Assembly: GCA_965235115.1 (NCBI GenBank)
Contig: OZ249450.1
Span: forward strand, 15,500,001 to 15,564,000
Source: Laetmonice hystrix
Taxonomy: Eukaryota
Reading direction: 5' to 3'
DNA: 64,000 nt
Below are positions 12,504 to 26,600 of the stretch, piece by piece; positions within the stretch are counted from its first letter, which is position 1; the number at the start of each line of letters is the position of its first letter. The position numbers were made by a program, and so were the translations under genes. Below the pieces are notes generated by a model that was not told the DNA's origin, made no database searches, and saw only the letters and a list, made by a program, of their open reading frames with translations.

Positions 12504-12625
12504 TACCGGAAGTTTCTTTGCAAGCTACTTTACAAAGGAAGGGCATGCGATGAAACCGGAAGTAACTTTGCAAGGGACCCGGAAGTAGGGTTACACAAAA
12601 CCCCCAAGCAGGGCATGTAGTCTAG

Positions 12626-12897
12626 CAGGGTTTTCAGGGTCATGAAAAGTCATGGAAAATGGAATTTGGTTCTCCAGGCCTGGTAAAGTCATGGAAAATA
12701 GAAAAACGAGGGAGAGTCATGAAAAAGTCATGGAATTTGAGATTTCTTTTGAACCACATTTCAGTTTTTCCACGTTGGGTCTAAATTGTAAAGTTTCACG
12801 ACGTACTATATAGGGAACAATTCTACAATTTTAGTATATTTTGTTAATTTTATCCGGAATTGGTCATGAAATTTGGGAGTTTTGGTCTGGAAAAGAC
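12626..12897. mobile_element. Truncated MITE with AAAGTCATGGAA subterminal repeats
   Basis: Starts CAGGGTT and carries several GTCATGG/AAA repeats. No matching right end seen. Confidence 0.45.
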
Positions 12898-12923
12898 ATT
12901 ATCTCTTCTTGCTCACAAAACTA

Positions 12924-13682
12924 CAGTGGTCCCCCTCTTAAAGACCACCCCTTATAAGCGACCACCCGCCTCTAGCGACCGCATTTCCATTGCATTAACC
13001 ACTTCACACTATAATTCCACCCCTATAAGCGACCACCCGGCACTAACGACCAGCGACCGGCATATCCCTGCATCAACTCCACCGGTCACCCCTTATCAGC
13101 GACCAGCCTTTGAGAATCAGCCAGCCGTGGCTAGTCATAACACTGTTGTCTCCCCATGCCCGCCTGCCTGGCACCCTGCTGACCTAACACCAACACCGCC
13201 CCCCACCCACCCACTTCCATCCCACAATGGCCGGCCACGTGTCTCACCTTACCCGCCCGACTTCCATCACACGGCCCAACCTTCCATCACACTTTAAGCT
13301 AACGGTTTTGCTCCCCCTCCTACTACCATGCCTGTTGAAAAAACGGTATGTCACCAACTGGCTGGTTGAAGCAACAAAATGTCTGAGGCAAACCAGACTC
13401 ATGTATACACAGGTGCAGAGTACGATTTCCTACATATATGCCGTCTGACTAGGATCAGTCACCATTCAGATTCAATCTCTATTGCTGGACACATCACAGA
13501 AATGGCATCATCAAATCTCACTGGGAAGTCGCCACCTAGTGTTAACTGTGTGTAGTTGTCTCATATGCAGCCACCTGGTGGTAACTATGCGTACTTAACA
13601 ACCCCTCGTTTAGGCGACCACCCGCCACTAGCGACCACTTTCTCTCTGCAGCAGGGGTGGTCGCTTATGAGGGGGACCACTG
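12924..13682. mobile_element. pogo/Tigger-like MITE
   Basis: TA|CAGTGGTCCCCCTC...GAGGGGGACCACTG|TA with ~28-bp TIRs and internal GCGACCAC sub-repeats. No transposase ORF. Confidence 0.88.
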
Positions 13683-16600
13683 TATTGCTATTACTAAGTG
13701 ATCCACAAGTGGAATGACATTCAAAATAAGTGTCATTTAGGAAGAGTGAATCTTCACTGGATCGGACACTGTTCTGACGATCGTTTGCAAGCTCTGAATT
13801 TCTCTTAGGTAATTTCTGAGAAATCTGAGGCCTATACTTGTTTCCAGTTCCATCCAGGTAGTATATTCGTTTTAGCGCGTGACAGGTCGCGTCTACGTCA
13901 GCAGATTTGCCTATTCTCTGTGCGGCGAGATAAGGCGAGAGTTAGGCGCGCGTACATAATGCACATGACGTGGTCGAATGCATGCCTACACTATTGCTGT
14001 CTTAGGCACTGCCGGTACGGCTCAAACACCGGAAATGAGGCTTCAGTTGTTAAAACAATGATAACAACAAGGCAGACTATCGTACAAAACACAATGCACT
14101 GTGACTGGAATTGAGACTAAAATGTCCAAGGCGTGACGAAAAGAAGAATGTCAGGTCCGATTTCTTACATCACTCATAATCGATGAAAACCAGTTCAGTG
14201 TTCTAAACTGTGGATGCTCTGTTCTCAATGAAGTAGGATAAAATAAAAATTGGAGAAACACATACGCTAACAATCCGTGCTCTTTGGTTCGGGTCCGGCA
14301 GTAATGAATAGAAGAATTAAAAATTAATGAACGTAATCATTTCTATTTATTTATAATGTGGTTAATAGAATTATTTGTTTCGGCACATTACTAAATAATG
14401 TATTGTTTTCTGATCTATGACATGTACATGTTGGGCATTATTGTGTTTTGTGAAATATTTCAGTACATTTTAAAGAAAACCTATAATGATTCTATTCTGT
14501 TTTAACAGTTCTTGGGGTTCCAACCGGAACTTCTATACTAACATATAAACTTAGTTTACCGCAAGTTTCGTCGAAGAAGTCTCCACACTGGTCCATTTTG
14601 TTTTCGGTCAAGACATTGGTGGACCCATTTGGAAGATGTACGAGGGATGAAAAAAAGGAAGGAGGCTCGCCACTCTGCCTGTGTTAAAGGCTTACCCCTT
14701 GCCGAGATGACAGACCTGGATGGCGCCTTAAATGGCCTGTTAGGCCTGTTCCCTGGCTAATATCCGTGTCTGGACCGGCCTTGTCCCCAGCCCGCATACA
14801 GACGGGATCACTCTCACATGACGTATGTCGGACGTATGCGCTCTTCCGGTTCCTAAATGCCCGGATGGCTTGACAAGCGTCGGAACGCATCCATGGGGTC
14901 TCCATTAGAGGCCCGAGCTATATTGCCCACGTCCACAGTTAGAGCGTGGGACGAAATGTCTTAAATTAATGATCATTAGGGGAGGGTCCCCATGACGGAA
15001 GAATCTGCTCATCTGGAAGAACTGCAAAGGAAGAAGGATGGAGCGGGCTAAGGAAGAACACATTAGATTCTGTGACGTCGGTCTCCTCACGTTTGCCGTA
15101 GCAGATGCCTTTAAAACGCGGGACGCGAGAGGCCATCTAAAATATTTATTCCTTGCCCAGAATAATCTTCCACCTATATGTTCTGGGACATTACGTAGTC
15201 ATGATGACAATTCCTGAAACGTTATGGGGATAACTGGATGAGGATCATAACTGGGGAGAAGCATGATTCCCAGAACCCGCATTGTGCAGGTTTCCAAATC
15301 ATGGAGATTGTTTGTCATAGATAGACCATCCAAGTACATAGTGCACCGCTCCTTCTGTCATGATTCCGATGTCAGGATTACAGTGAAAAAGCTGTAGACC
15401 TCGACCAGGTTAGCTTGATCCGAATTAATTAATTTTTAATCCGAATACGTTTGTATAATATGGGGCATGAGGGACGGAAATGGCATTGTATATGATTGCT
15501 GAGCTCAGCTCAGGACAGTTCATTCTCTTTGGTGGCGGGGGGGGGGGGAGATCGATTGCCGTATTTTCCTTCTTAGTATTTATAGAAGTACATCTCAGCC
15601 AGATAAAAAGCACAGGGAGCCAGTGTTGGAATTACACAGTTGGCCAACCTGATGGTGGACAAAGGTATCAATCTTTGGTTCTTCTGCTCACATGAGGTTA
15701 GAAGTAATGGGAAGGTAACTCAGCAAATATTGGCACGTTGAACGCCCCAACGAGAGCCGGGAATAATGGACCATTAGTCCACGCTTCCCACAGGAGGCAT
15801 CACCATTGACGTTAAATATTGCACCGTTACAACCAGTGGTTATTACAGAAATGTCCCCTGTCGGGACCCAAGCACCATTTGTAATACTAACGGAAACAAG
15901 ACCTTGTCAGCATCATGAAAACTAACATTCTTAGCGTCCATGCAGTTCAGTAGAGAAAGCAGAGAGAGCCAGAAGCAGAGTGGGACAGGAAGATACGTCA
16001 CTGTGAGATTTAAGCTTTTTGGACCTTTCCGGCCTTATTTTTCAGATACACTCAGGTAGCTGAGAAATAAGTCAATTCAACCCCAAAAGACACTTCTGCG
16101 CGCCTATTTACACCCCATGGTGTGACTGAGATCGTTTTAGTAAGTCCCTTTAAGCCGCCATCGGATGCAGAGCTCAGAGTTCATCCCCATTATCGGACTT
16201 GGCGGTAGACGCAAGAGAAAAGTCCTAATAAAACATCGACCAGTCAGAATATTTAAGATCATTATATTCATATCGAATATGAGCAAAGCAAACTTGAAGT
16301 AACGTAATATGTGCCCGTCGGAAACGAGGTGATTGTGACGGTATTCGTGGCGTCTTTGTACGGCCGTCGTCTTGCCGTGAGTAGATGGGCCCTGGCCGAG
16401 TGATAAATGGACAGTGGTAAAGCCACACCGTCTGAGCCAGGCAGCAGGGGCCTTGCTCGCTCATCACCTGTTGCCTTCTAGCTGCATGCATATTGCGCGG
16501 GATGGTACCCAAGGGAGGAACCGGACAAGTCAAAACGCCTCAGCAGCGTGAGATCCCCATGACCACAGCAGAATTCAAATCAGGGGTCTTTGGTTATACC

Positions 16601-19600
16601 TGGACTATTCTACAGGCAAATCACGTCCCGGTCGATTCCTCCTATTATAGCGTTATACATGTAAGTGGTACAGAATAAACTAGGCGGCAATCTCCCCCTT
16701 ACGTTTTAGCCAGAAGTTTTTTTTATTTTATAAAAAAAACGATCTGTAGTTTCTTCTTGAATTGGAATGGACCTGAATTGGAATATAGTATATTCGATTT
16801 TAAAAATATAAACGAGTGGAATATATAGTGTGTCTGTGTTTGAGGTTTGGCTTGATAGAATTGCTTAGTTTTACCTTGGACTAATGCTTTATATTGTTCC
16901 ACTGCATTTATGTTCGTTTTAGGGCAATCTTGCTGCCCTTTGTAGGTCAGCGGTTTTTCATTCCGTCCTTCCTCCCAACGGTAAACGAATCGATCGGTCA
17001 CATTCGACATTTGGTTGTTTCGACTGACATTTAATTTTGCTGGCATGTGATTGTCCCGATTAGGGACCTGTCCACCTCCTGCTCGCCACGATATGGAAAG
17101 TGGATTGACGCTAGAACCACTTGTACAGCCGCCGCCTAACGACTTTGAAATGACCTTTCCGGCAAGACTTTCTATTTCGGACCGAGACCTCCTCTCCGCC
17201 ATTATCCACACAGGCAAGGGCGCGTGTTGTCACTTCCTATAGCTTGACAATACACGAGCGAGTTCGTCCATTATGGACAGATAAATAGCCAGATAACATC
17301 CTTAGCAGGGCGGGGTTTCTTGGGATTTCCTTTAGGAATGTAGGGTGCATTTACACGGTCGTTGACACACAAAGGAAACCTCCGACAAACAATCGATGAC
17401 AGACGTGAATAGTACCCGCGGGAGTGCAGCGGGCCTCGGCCCTTGTAGTTAATGTTTGTCTTGGGATCACTGTAAGATCACCTCCCGGGGTTGAAGGCGA
17501 GCCTTCTCTTAACGTTCTCATGGTGGAGGTCAACTGGGAACAATGAGCCAATGAAAGAACAAACGTTGGCAGGTGCTTTAGCTCAATGTCACTATTTAAA
17601 TTTTATTTTATTTATTTATTGAATGTTAATGTATATGTGGTTAAATCTACCCGAATGGCTTCTGTATAGGCATATCAATATCTGCTCGATATTACGAAAT
17701 ATACCGTCATTTTATTAGTTCAGCGGACCTTATCAAAATATCCTAACCCAAATTTAATAATACCCATGGCTTCCGGGGCTGTCTTCCGACGAGAGAAAGA
17801 GAGCTAAAGATCTGCTGGTGACATTCTTAGTGCAGAAAACGACGCCCAGTTCTACGAAAAAATCGCGTAATTCTGGACCATATGAGGATGTAGATGGTTA
17901 AAATGTTTTTTTATTTCAATCCATGATAGTTACTGAGGCGAGACCAGAATAGCGTTGTAAGAAGACAGGTCAAGACGCCATCAGTTACAGTGCACTGATT
18001 CGACCGCTCACTGATATTTCACAACACAATGGTCTGGCTTGTCAGAATAGACCAATCCATATAGGGAAACCTTTTTCTACCCAGAGCATTTCAAAATAAA
18101 GGTTAACTGAAAATGTTCATGTTTGTTTGACAACTTACAGCTGCATTAAATGCTACAAAATCTTACAGCCATTAGCTCTATTTTAATTTTTTCACGAAGC
18201 GTTTTTAGAAGATAGGAAAAGAAGGAAGCAGAAGGGGAACAATACATGTGCAGACAAGACCTATATTATGAGGCCCTATGTACTTCGCGGCTACTTTATC
18301 ATACAGAGTGTCCTTGGGGGAGCATGGGACGAGTACCTTTTTAACAATTGACCTATCTGTCTGGTATAAGAGGTACTCGATGAATCCGATGATGAGGCAT
18401 GACGGGGAGAGTCACGCGACTCAGTCCATGTGCCAGTAGGGAGTGGTAAGCAGGAGGCGTTCTGGTGGCCACCGTATAGAAGGTGAGGTGGTTTATTGAT
18501 CAGATGTAATATATATTGAGACAAGCTCATTTACTATCATCCACTGTTGCTTTCAGCGACTGATACTGGCTGTAACTACTGATTTACGGAGACGGAGAGA
18601 CGACGTACAGACGGTGACTAAATCAACTACTGGTACCTATAGGATAATCTGAATCAATATATGACGGCCACAAGATGTAAAAACAGAGAAGTAATATTTG
18701 TAGATCGGTGTATTTAAAGTAGGAAACAAACTGAACGACAGATTTAATCGGTCAGTTCGATCGGACAATTCCAAGTAGAACTGCAAATGGATGTCGGATA
18801 GTAAGTCAGTCAGCCAATGTGTTCTAGGAATTCCTACAGACTCTTCTGGCAGTAGAGTCTGTTCCAAGCACCAGGAGTTCCATGACGATTCAAAGGTCAC
18901 TATAACTTGGCAAGACGGCCAAAATGTACCTGGTTGATAAAAATTAGATACCGACAACCACTTTGAATCAATGGATAAATGATGTGTTCTCATACGAGGG
19001 AGCCGTAATTATATTGTATGCTTTGTCCTTCCCTAAGGTGCCGTTGAGGCGTGGCCCTCAATATTAGTAGCTGCCCTTTCTGGATTTCAAAGGGGAACCT
19101 TTATGTCGACAATGTTCTATAGATGTTTGAAATATTGGGAAAATCTTTGCGAGGAATCCTGTTAGCATGGTAACACGGAGACTGTTATTGTAGTGACAGT
19201 CTGTGGGAGGATGTTGGTTGTCACCGTGTCGTGTACGTGTTGCGTGTCATGGCGCCAGAGTCAGACCGGAAGTGTGCGATATCAGCAAACGATGCCCTCT
19301 CCTCCCCGCCTCAGGGGGTCACAGCTGTCTCGGCGATGGCGTTTGTAGAGATTGAGGAGGGTGGGTTAGAGAGTTGGGGGGTTGGCACTTTGTGGCTCAA
19401 GTATCGGAAAGACTTCTCGATGCTTGACATCAGGTCGATCGAATATGGTCGTAAACGGTAGGGTATACTAGATCTCGTCTTGGGTACGGAAGAATTGTTT
19501 GCTCGGTCGAAATTTTCAGCAGTGTTTTGTGGCTTTAATTGTGTTAGATATAGTACTTTTATTCCCAGGGTTTTAATTGGTACCGTTGTTTCCAGCAATT

Positions 19601-22600
19601 GTCTTTATAACACATTTTTCTACTGGATGTTTTCGTTTTAATGTTTATTCAGCAAAATTGCTTCTTTCAACAGTTCCATTAGTAGTCCACCATTCATAAC
19701 TTGGAGTTGTAATAAATTAAAAAGAACCTGGGACTCTGCTCATAAACGTGGCAATCAGTCGGCTGAATGTTGATGTAAAAAGATGCCATTTTTGGCTACT
19801 CCTGTCTGGCAGATTGCGTCGTTTTTCTTGTTTATTAGGACCAATAGTGGCTTCGCTCCCTATTTATTTCACGTTTATTTCTGTCAGAGTTTTCTTCGGC
19901 TTGACATAAAGAAAGATGTACGCTTCCGCTTTGTAATGTCGCAGAGGCAAATTATTCAAACTGAGTTGGTCCTAAATCTGTGCATCCTTCGAATAATTTT
20001 TTTCCACCCGGCCTAGCCCACCTCCTGACATGAATCTACTCGGTCACCCGTTAATACATGCAATGTGGTAGGAGTATAGGCCAACATACGGAGGGACCTG
20101 TATTTAATTTATTACATTGCAAAGCAAATTCGTATGGGGGGGGGGGGTCCATTCATATTGAGATAAGAGTGTAAGGAATGTGCACTAACTGGGAGAAGGG
20201 GACAGTATTTCTGGCGTCAAATGGAACTAAGAACACAACAGCTAGTAACTAACATTTTTTTGAAAAAAAGAGTTTGATGTTTCTTCTTTAATCCTACTAG
20301 CGTATTCCGCATCTCTCTAGATAGGACGTATTCCCAGACGTGACTATATTCAGGTTTATCATGTAACAACAGGACAAAGTCAGACGAGGGTAGAAGGTGC
20401 TATGGAACATTTTAACCTTCGCCCTCACCGAGTCATTATCCATGCTGTAATATATGAGAATATCACACCTTCATATAGAATATTATACACATGAGACCGT
20501 GTAGATTACGCAGTAGACATGACCATATAACATGTAGAATGGCTTCCTTGAGATAATCATAAAACGCTAGCTGAAGGGCAATTACTTCAGAAGATATCAA
20601 CAATAGGCTTATCCCTTTCAACATATTTTGGAGGGGCCTTGGAAGACCTTGCACGTTTTATACATAACGCTTTTTCTTTGCGACGTGTGTCTTGATCTCA
20701 GTTCCGTTCAGCCATCGTTTAATGTGGTTAACAGCAACACCACCATGGCGGTGTGAGCATTGCTTGTAGATTAATACTGTGTTCGAATTACACAAATTTT
20801 CTTTACTAATTCATATTTGAGGTACACAGTTTTATTAGAGTCCAAAATGGAATTTAGAAGTTGGAATATTATAATAGCCCGATACAAATAGCTGATACAA
20901 GTAAAGTACGAAACAACCGTTCGCCATGAGGGTTATTTCATCACATCAGGGGAGAGCGTCTACCTCCCTTGATCAAAGGAAAAATCATCCTCCGGAAATT
21001 AATTGGCCTTTTGCCGAGAAACCTCTGTCAGAGAGCAGTCAGGATCTCTGAGGGCGGACGCGGACCTCTTTACGCAGCCAGTGGCGGGGACATCACAAGA
21101 CATGTTACCAAATTTCATGCACACACAATTTTGCAGGGGCCGTATCGATTTAGAAAAGTCGGTCAGTGCGACTTTTTCCGCCGTTTGTCATTTTCGTAAT
21201 TTCGGTTAAAAGCTTTTGCGTCCGATCTTTTCACATTTCCTGTCCTGTAAAAGTACAGCGGTGAGGTTGGTGGTCCATTCTGGCAGGTTATAGTGTCTGT
21301 AGGACCCGTGAAACACGACAAGGTCGGTGGCCTACACTATACGGAGAATCAGTGATTAGAACAGCGAATAACGGAACGGAAATGTGATGGCAAATAGTTT
21401 ACAACATGAAATATGGAACAAACAATCCATTAGGATAATTTTGAAGATGGCAGGACTCATAGAAAGGTTCTGTCCCAGTTAGATAGTAGGTCAAAGGTTA
21501 GTAGGTGCAGTGATTAATAACGTCCTAACTCTGGACCTTACCATAATAATTGTTTGACGTAAACTTGCCTCCAAAATAGCACAATAAAGTAAATGGTAAC
21601 AACCAGACAGTGTCCGGAATGATTTAAATTGCGCCCTCGCCGAACCATACATTGTAGTTTTACTATGACTTTTACAAGGGTGGTTTCTCACGATGAGGTC
21701 GTACATACCGAGTCCTGTGAACGGTTACCGAGTGTTGTGATTTCTGACCTTGTGGTCGCGTGATAACTTCCAATACCGGACGTTAACGACCACTTTTATT
21801 ATACTACTCGTACATCGATTACCATCAATCTTCTCCCTGGCTCGAGGCGCTCTAAATGGTGCACTATAGGCATCAATTTATGGTGAGGCTCAAACAATTT
21901 ACCGTTTATATATACTGTTTGTAGTGGTTTTATTCGGAGTTCCCCATCTCCAAGTGTATCGTTTAGTATGAAGATATGGCTGGTGTATGTTTAAGTGATC
22001 AGATTCCGCCGCGGGGAAGCACGGGTTGGTTTGCGTGGAACTTAACTTGTGATGGAAACCAGTCAGTACTTAATGTTTTCCTGGGATTCTGTGTTTCTGT
22101 GGAAGTATGCCGCAAGGCACCGGACGACCCCCCCCCCCCGCCTCTATCGGAAAGCAGTAAAAAAAGAAGACAACTCAGAATCAGCCCATGCTCAAACATA
22201 TACATTGACACGCACATACTTGTCTTAAAGTAGGTCTACGTCATGTTAGAATGGTAGACGTTAGGTAGGATAGGGTCCATGCAGAATTCGTTTCCTGCAC
22301 TGCATGCCTTGATGGAGCGGCAGCCGTGGTGCAGTGCGCCAAACGTGCCCTTGACACCTGTTCGCTACTGCTCCTGGCCGGATTCGTCTTACACCTGTCT
22401 GAAGTTGGAGCCCCCCCCCCCCCCGCCCCCGCTTCCTCCAGTCCCTGCGGCCCGGGGGGAGCGGCTGGCCCGTCCCTGCCGGCGCTCGCTCGAGGAAGGC
22501 CCGGGCCGTGATAACGGGCTCCGCTCGGCCCACCTTATCGGTCGGCATACAGGATGCTTTGTATTGACGTCGATAGCGATACGCGTCAAGCTATCTGGAC

Positions 22601-23580
22601 CGACATGGGGATGTAGCTCTTCCCATGAGGCACCCCAGAATTCTCCGCCAGGGCCTCCAGAGGTTCAGAGGAGGACGGCGTAAATATAGGCGAGGACGTC
22701 TGTTATAGTGTGGGCGGGAGTTGGGGTGGGTGGGCCCGCGGTCTTATTTGGTGTTATAGGAAATGGATGTTCTATTGCAATGTTGTTATGTTGTTTTGGC
22801 TCTGTTGGTTCCCAAAGTTTGCCAGGAAATGTAATAATATACGTACTGCAATGCGTCACTGGAAACTAGATTACATAAATTTTATTGTACTGTTTGCGAG
22901 CCAATTTAGCGCAAATGTTGGGAAGAAATGCAGAGGTAAAGGGGCAAAGAAAATCATTTATAAGTTGCGCGAGAAGAGGTCAATTCAGAGACGAGTTGCA
23001 CGCCATCGAGCAGGAGAAACGCTGATATAGTATGGATATCCGAAACAGAGAAAACCCGACATATAGGACAGCAATAAAAACGCATCGGACCAAATGTAAA
23101 TCACTATACTTAGAGTAGGATGTGCAAAGTGTTCCCTGACACTTCTGGTTGAGAACAGGAATGTTGTTTTCTGAGTATAGTCTATTTCGTTGAGTTACCT
23201 GATATTGACATGGCTTCTTGTCAAATAAAAATTGTAACTGTTCCTTTCAAATTTACATTTGAGCCATATTTTCAGTATATGGTTTTTCATTGCCGTTCAG
23301 TATAGGCCTATATGTATCTCCTGGTCTTTTTGAGCAGTTATGTCTGAACTTGAACGGTCGTGTGTGGTAAATATGTGACTTGTGTTTCACAGAGACCATC
23401 CTGCCAGATCATGCTCTAACGAAACACAACTTCGAAGAAATAAAATTGGTAGATATCGTAATTAGAAACGAATATCACACCCCTACACCACCTGTGTCAC
23501 GTTCTCATGGCGTGCCAAATTAACACATTTCTGCCCGGTATAATTCTTTATTGGACCCGAGTAAACTCTTTTATCTTCTG

Positions 23581-23677
23581 CAGCACCTGCAGGATTCACA
23601 TTGTATGTCCCCCAGCACCTGCAGGATTCACATAGTATGTCCCCCAGCACCTGCAGGATTCACATAGTATGTCCCCC
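23581..23677. repeat. Minisatellite, 32-bp unit x3
   Basis: CAGCACCTGCAGGATTCACATAGTATGTCCCC at 23581, 23613 and 23645, with one substitution. Confidence 0.95.
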
Positions 23678-26600
23678 TGCCGCGCACAGGGATGCCCTCG
23701 GCAATGGGACGTGGCAGAGGGTTTGTGTAAACGGGCACCAGCTCAGTGTACGCCTGTAGTAACAAAACTGTTTACTCGGGGATTGAGATCCGCCTCTTCC
23801 TTCAGTGATTAGCATCGAGACGAAAGCCTCCAATGTAGCAGTCCATGTCGTGGTAATTCTGAAATACTGCTATGGCCAGCTGACTGATTATCGCCCACGG
23901 CCGCTAGGCTGTTTTTAAAGCGCAAACTCGGCGTGGGTCGCTTTAGAGAGGCTTGGACGGAAGGCGGTGGGCAGGGTATAATGAAAAAACATCAGGATAA
24001 CGGGTGGACATCATGAGCGCCCTTACGACGGGCGGAGTGCACGGTTTCATCACCCGACCGAGCGGTCAGATGGTAATTTGATCATCGGAATGAGGCGTGG
24101 GACGGCCGGGACACAGGGGTACGCGGGGACACATTGCAGCGAGGGGGCCGGCCTGGCCAATATCGTAGTCGTGGACAATGAATGGGTAATCGTCAAATCG
24201 GCTTGTCACAATACGCGACTCTGAACGGGATACGCTTTCAGAAAGAGGATTTATCTTGTGCCAAATGTCAAGGTTACATTCATAGATTTAGGCGGATGGA
24301 AATATCCTCCAAAAAGTCTTTACGAAAACAACCAAAGTCGTCGACATAAGTATCATCAGATTTTAGTTAGTGTGCAGTCACTGAAAGTCAGAGTGACTAG
24401 GATTTAAAATTTTTAATAGAAACGAAAAATGAGCATAATGTTAAACAATAAGTAACGAGAGTGAGGAAGAAACTGTGCTGAACACTGATATTACGCATAC
24501 CCGGGTTCTCCACCATTTGTAATTTTCCTGTTGTCAACTATACTTGGATGATAATGATGACTCGATATTACTCTCCCTTTTATTACTTGGATGACCGAAG
24601 TTTCCGAGAGAGCAGTTCCAACCCATTGGTTGACCATAAGCCAGAGGTTGTGAACGTTTAGCAATGTATCTAAAGCAATATCAGAATTGAGGCCTAGGGC
24701 TCACTGAAAGGTCATTTGTAGGTGAGTTACGGGGGTTCTGGGAAAAGATAGACCTGTGCGTATCAACTTAGAAGAGTGATGCCTGCACGGCCCCTCAAAA
24801 TAAGTTTCTAAAAGTCAAACAAAAACAATGTGTTTCTCTGAGATTGTACGAGATCATTTGGAGTGTGGATGCGTGGGCGTGTGGGTGTCATCTCGGTGCT
24901 AGTTCGGCCGGCAACCGTAATACAAGGTCATTCAGAAGTAAGGCATGTCAATAATTGATCTGTAGGCCGATTACTTGCGTGCCATAATAATAGGCCTGAT
25001 GGGCCATGCATATTGGAGACCGTGGCTGCTTTTCTGGTTATTAGACGATTCATCATTCGGTTTGAAGGTAGTATCGTTATGCGCACATTAGTGACGTTTC
25101 CGCCTTCGCGTGCGATGTTGTTAACGGGCTGTTTGTTCGCCTCTGTTCCACTTTGCCTCCTGCTTGTTGTCGGGGCGGAGGTTTCCCAGCGAGTGGAGTT
25201 TGGCAAGTGCTGACTCAGCGGTGTCTCTCCTCAGAGGCAGTCGTCCCGCCATGATCCCTGATATAGAGTTCCGTGCCTGCCACTGGTCAGAGAGCCACAC
25301 TCCGCCCCGCCACACCGAGAGCGTTGATCTGTGGACTCCGTCACGCTCCTCGACACTTTGATGGAGTAGCGATACAAAAGGACGTTTGTCATTTAAAGAC
25401 GGTCGGCCATCCAGGAGTAAATTCCATCGACTAGGAGTTACTCACTAAATTTGTCCACTTTTAATCTGGCTTACCATTTCCAATTTGATACCATTTGTTT
25501 TATAAGACATGCTGAGGACGAGAGCTCATCAAGCCGTCGCCTGTAGTTATACCTTGTCAGAGTGGTGTGTCTCGTGACTGCTATATATAATGCCTCCTTC
25601 ATTAAGGGCCAGATTCCACAAATCGAATGAGAGAAGCACATTGTTTGCCATTGTTTCCCTGCGCAATATTGTTCGGAACACTTGACAAAGATGGTTAACG
25701 AAATAAAACGCCTAGTTCGACATGCCTCTCATTATGCTATTCGAACACAATGAAGTGTGCTTTGTTTATGAACCAGTCACAAAATAGGAGAAAAACATGC
25801 ACAATAAATTGCAATTTTACATTGAAGATTGAGACAATGAATTGGAATACTGCACTTCGGTGTGAGGAAGTACAAAAAGAAGCTGTCAAATGTGGCGCTA
25901 AAATAAGTATGATAGAGTTTGATATAATGACCATTGAAACTAACGAGCTTCGTTCGATTCCGTCATGCAATGTTTTATAGAGAGAAGGCGACCGTGGATA
26001 CCACCACCGTCCTTACTGCCCAGTGTTGGCAACTGGGAGTATAGGAAATCTTTCTCATAGTTATCCAATCCGAAACTCACATTATTATTTTGTGCTGGGA
26101 CTATTTCACGCATTATTGTGTGCAATAGCCACCGAAAAGTGGTCAGATTTTTTAAAGAGGGGGACAGTAGAAATTGTGGTGGTGAAGGGCATTTTGGCAG
26201 TCCACATGAGTTGATCATCATCTAGCTACCTTGTACTGACTGTGCAGATGTTGCCTTATATTGGCTACAAGCCGATTACAAACATGAACGATCCTGACCT
26301 ACTACTAGGATAGGAAAGTGGTTAATGAACTGTACACCTCTGTATATGAGCAGTCATATTTTCCCCTTCCTGGTCTTCCGCATTGAAATCCGCGTCTTCC
26401 TTCACTGTGCGCCCTTCCTGCTTACACAGGAAGTCACGCACGCCCGGGATTTCTCGCGTGATCTGTAAGTTCCGCTTATCGAGTAGCAAGGGCTCAGCGC
26501 AATGGCAGTGTCCGATAGGAAGTCGATACCCAGATCTTAAACCCCCATTGCATCGTTGTTAACATTTCAAAGACAGTGAGCTTAAAAATAAAGATGTGGG

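Noticed and set aside
22261-22720. GC-rich block with several overlapping ORFs
   Set aside because: The ORFs are poly-Pro/Gly products of C/G runs; no termini, splice signals or motifs support a feature.
25121-25315. GRLPLRRDTAESALAKLHSLGNLRP, reminiscent of the Gypsy pre-RT segment
   Set aside because: The expected SPWASP and YxDD motifs are absent from the neighbouring sequence I read.
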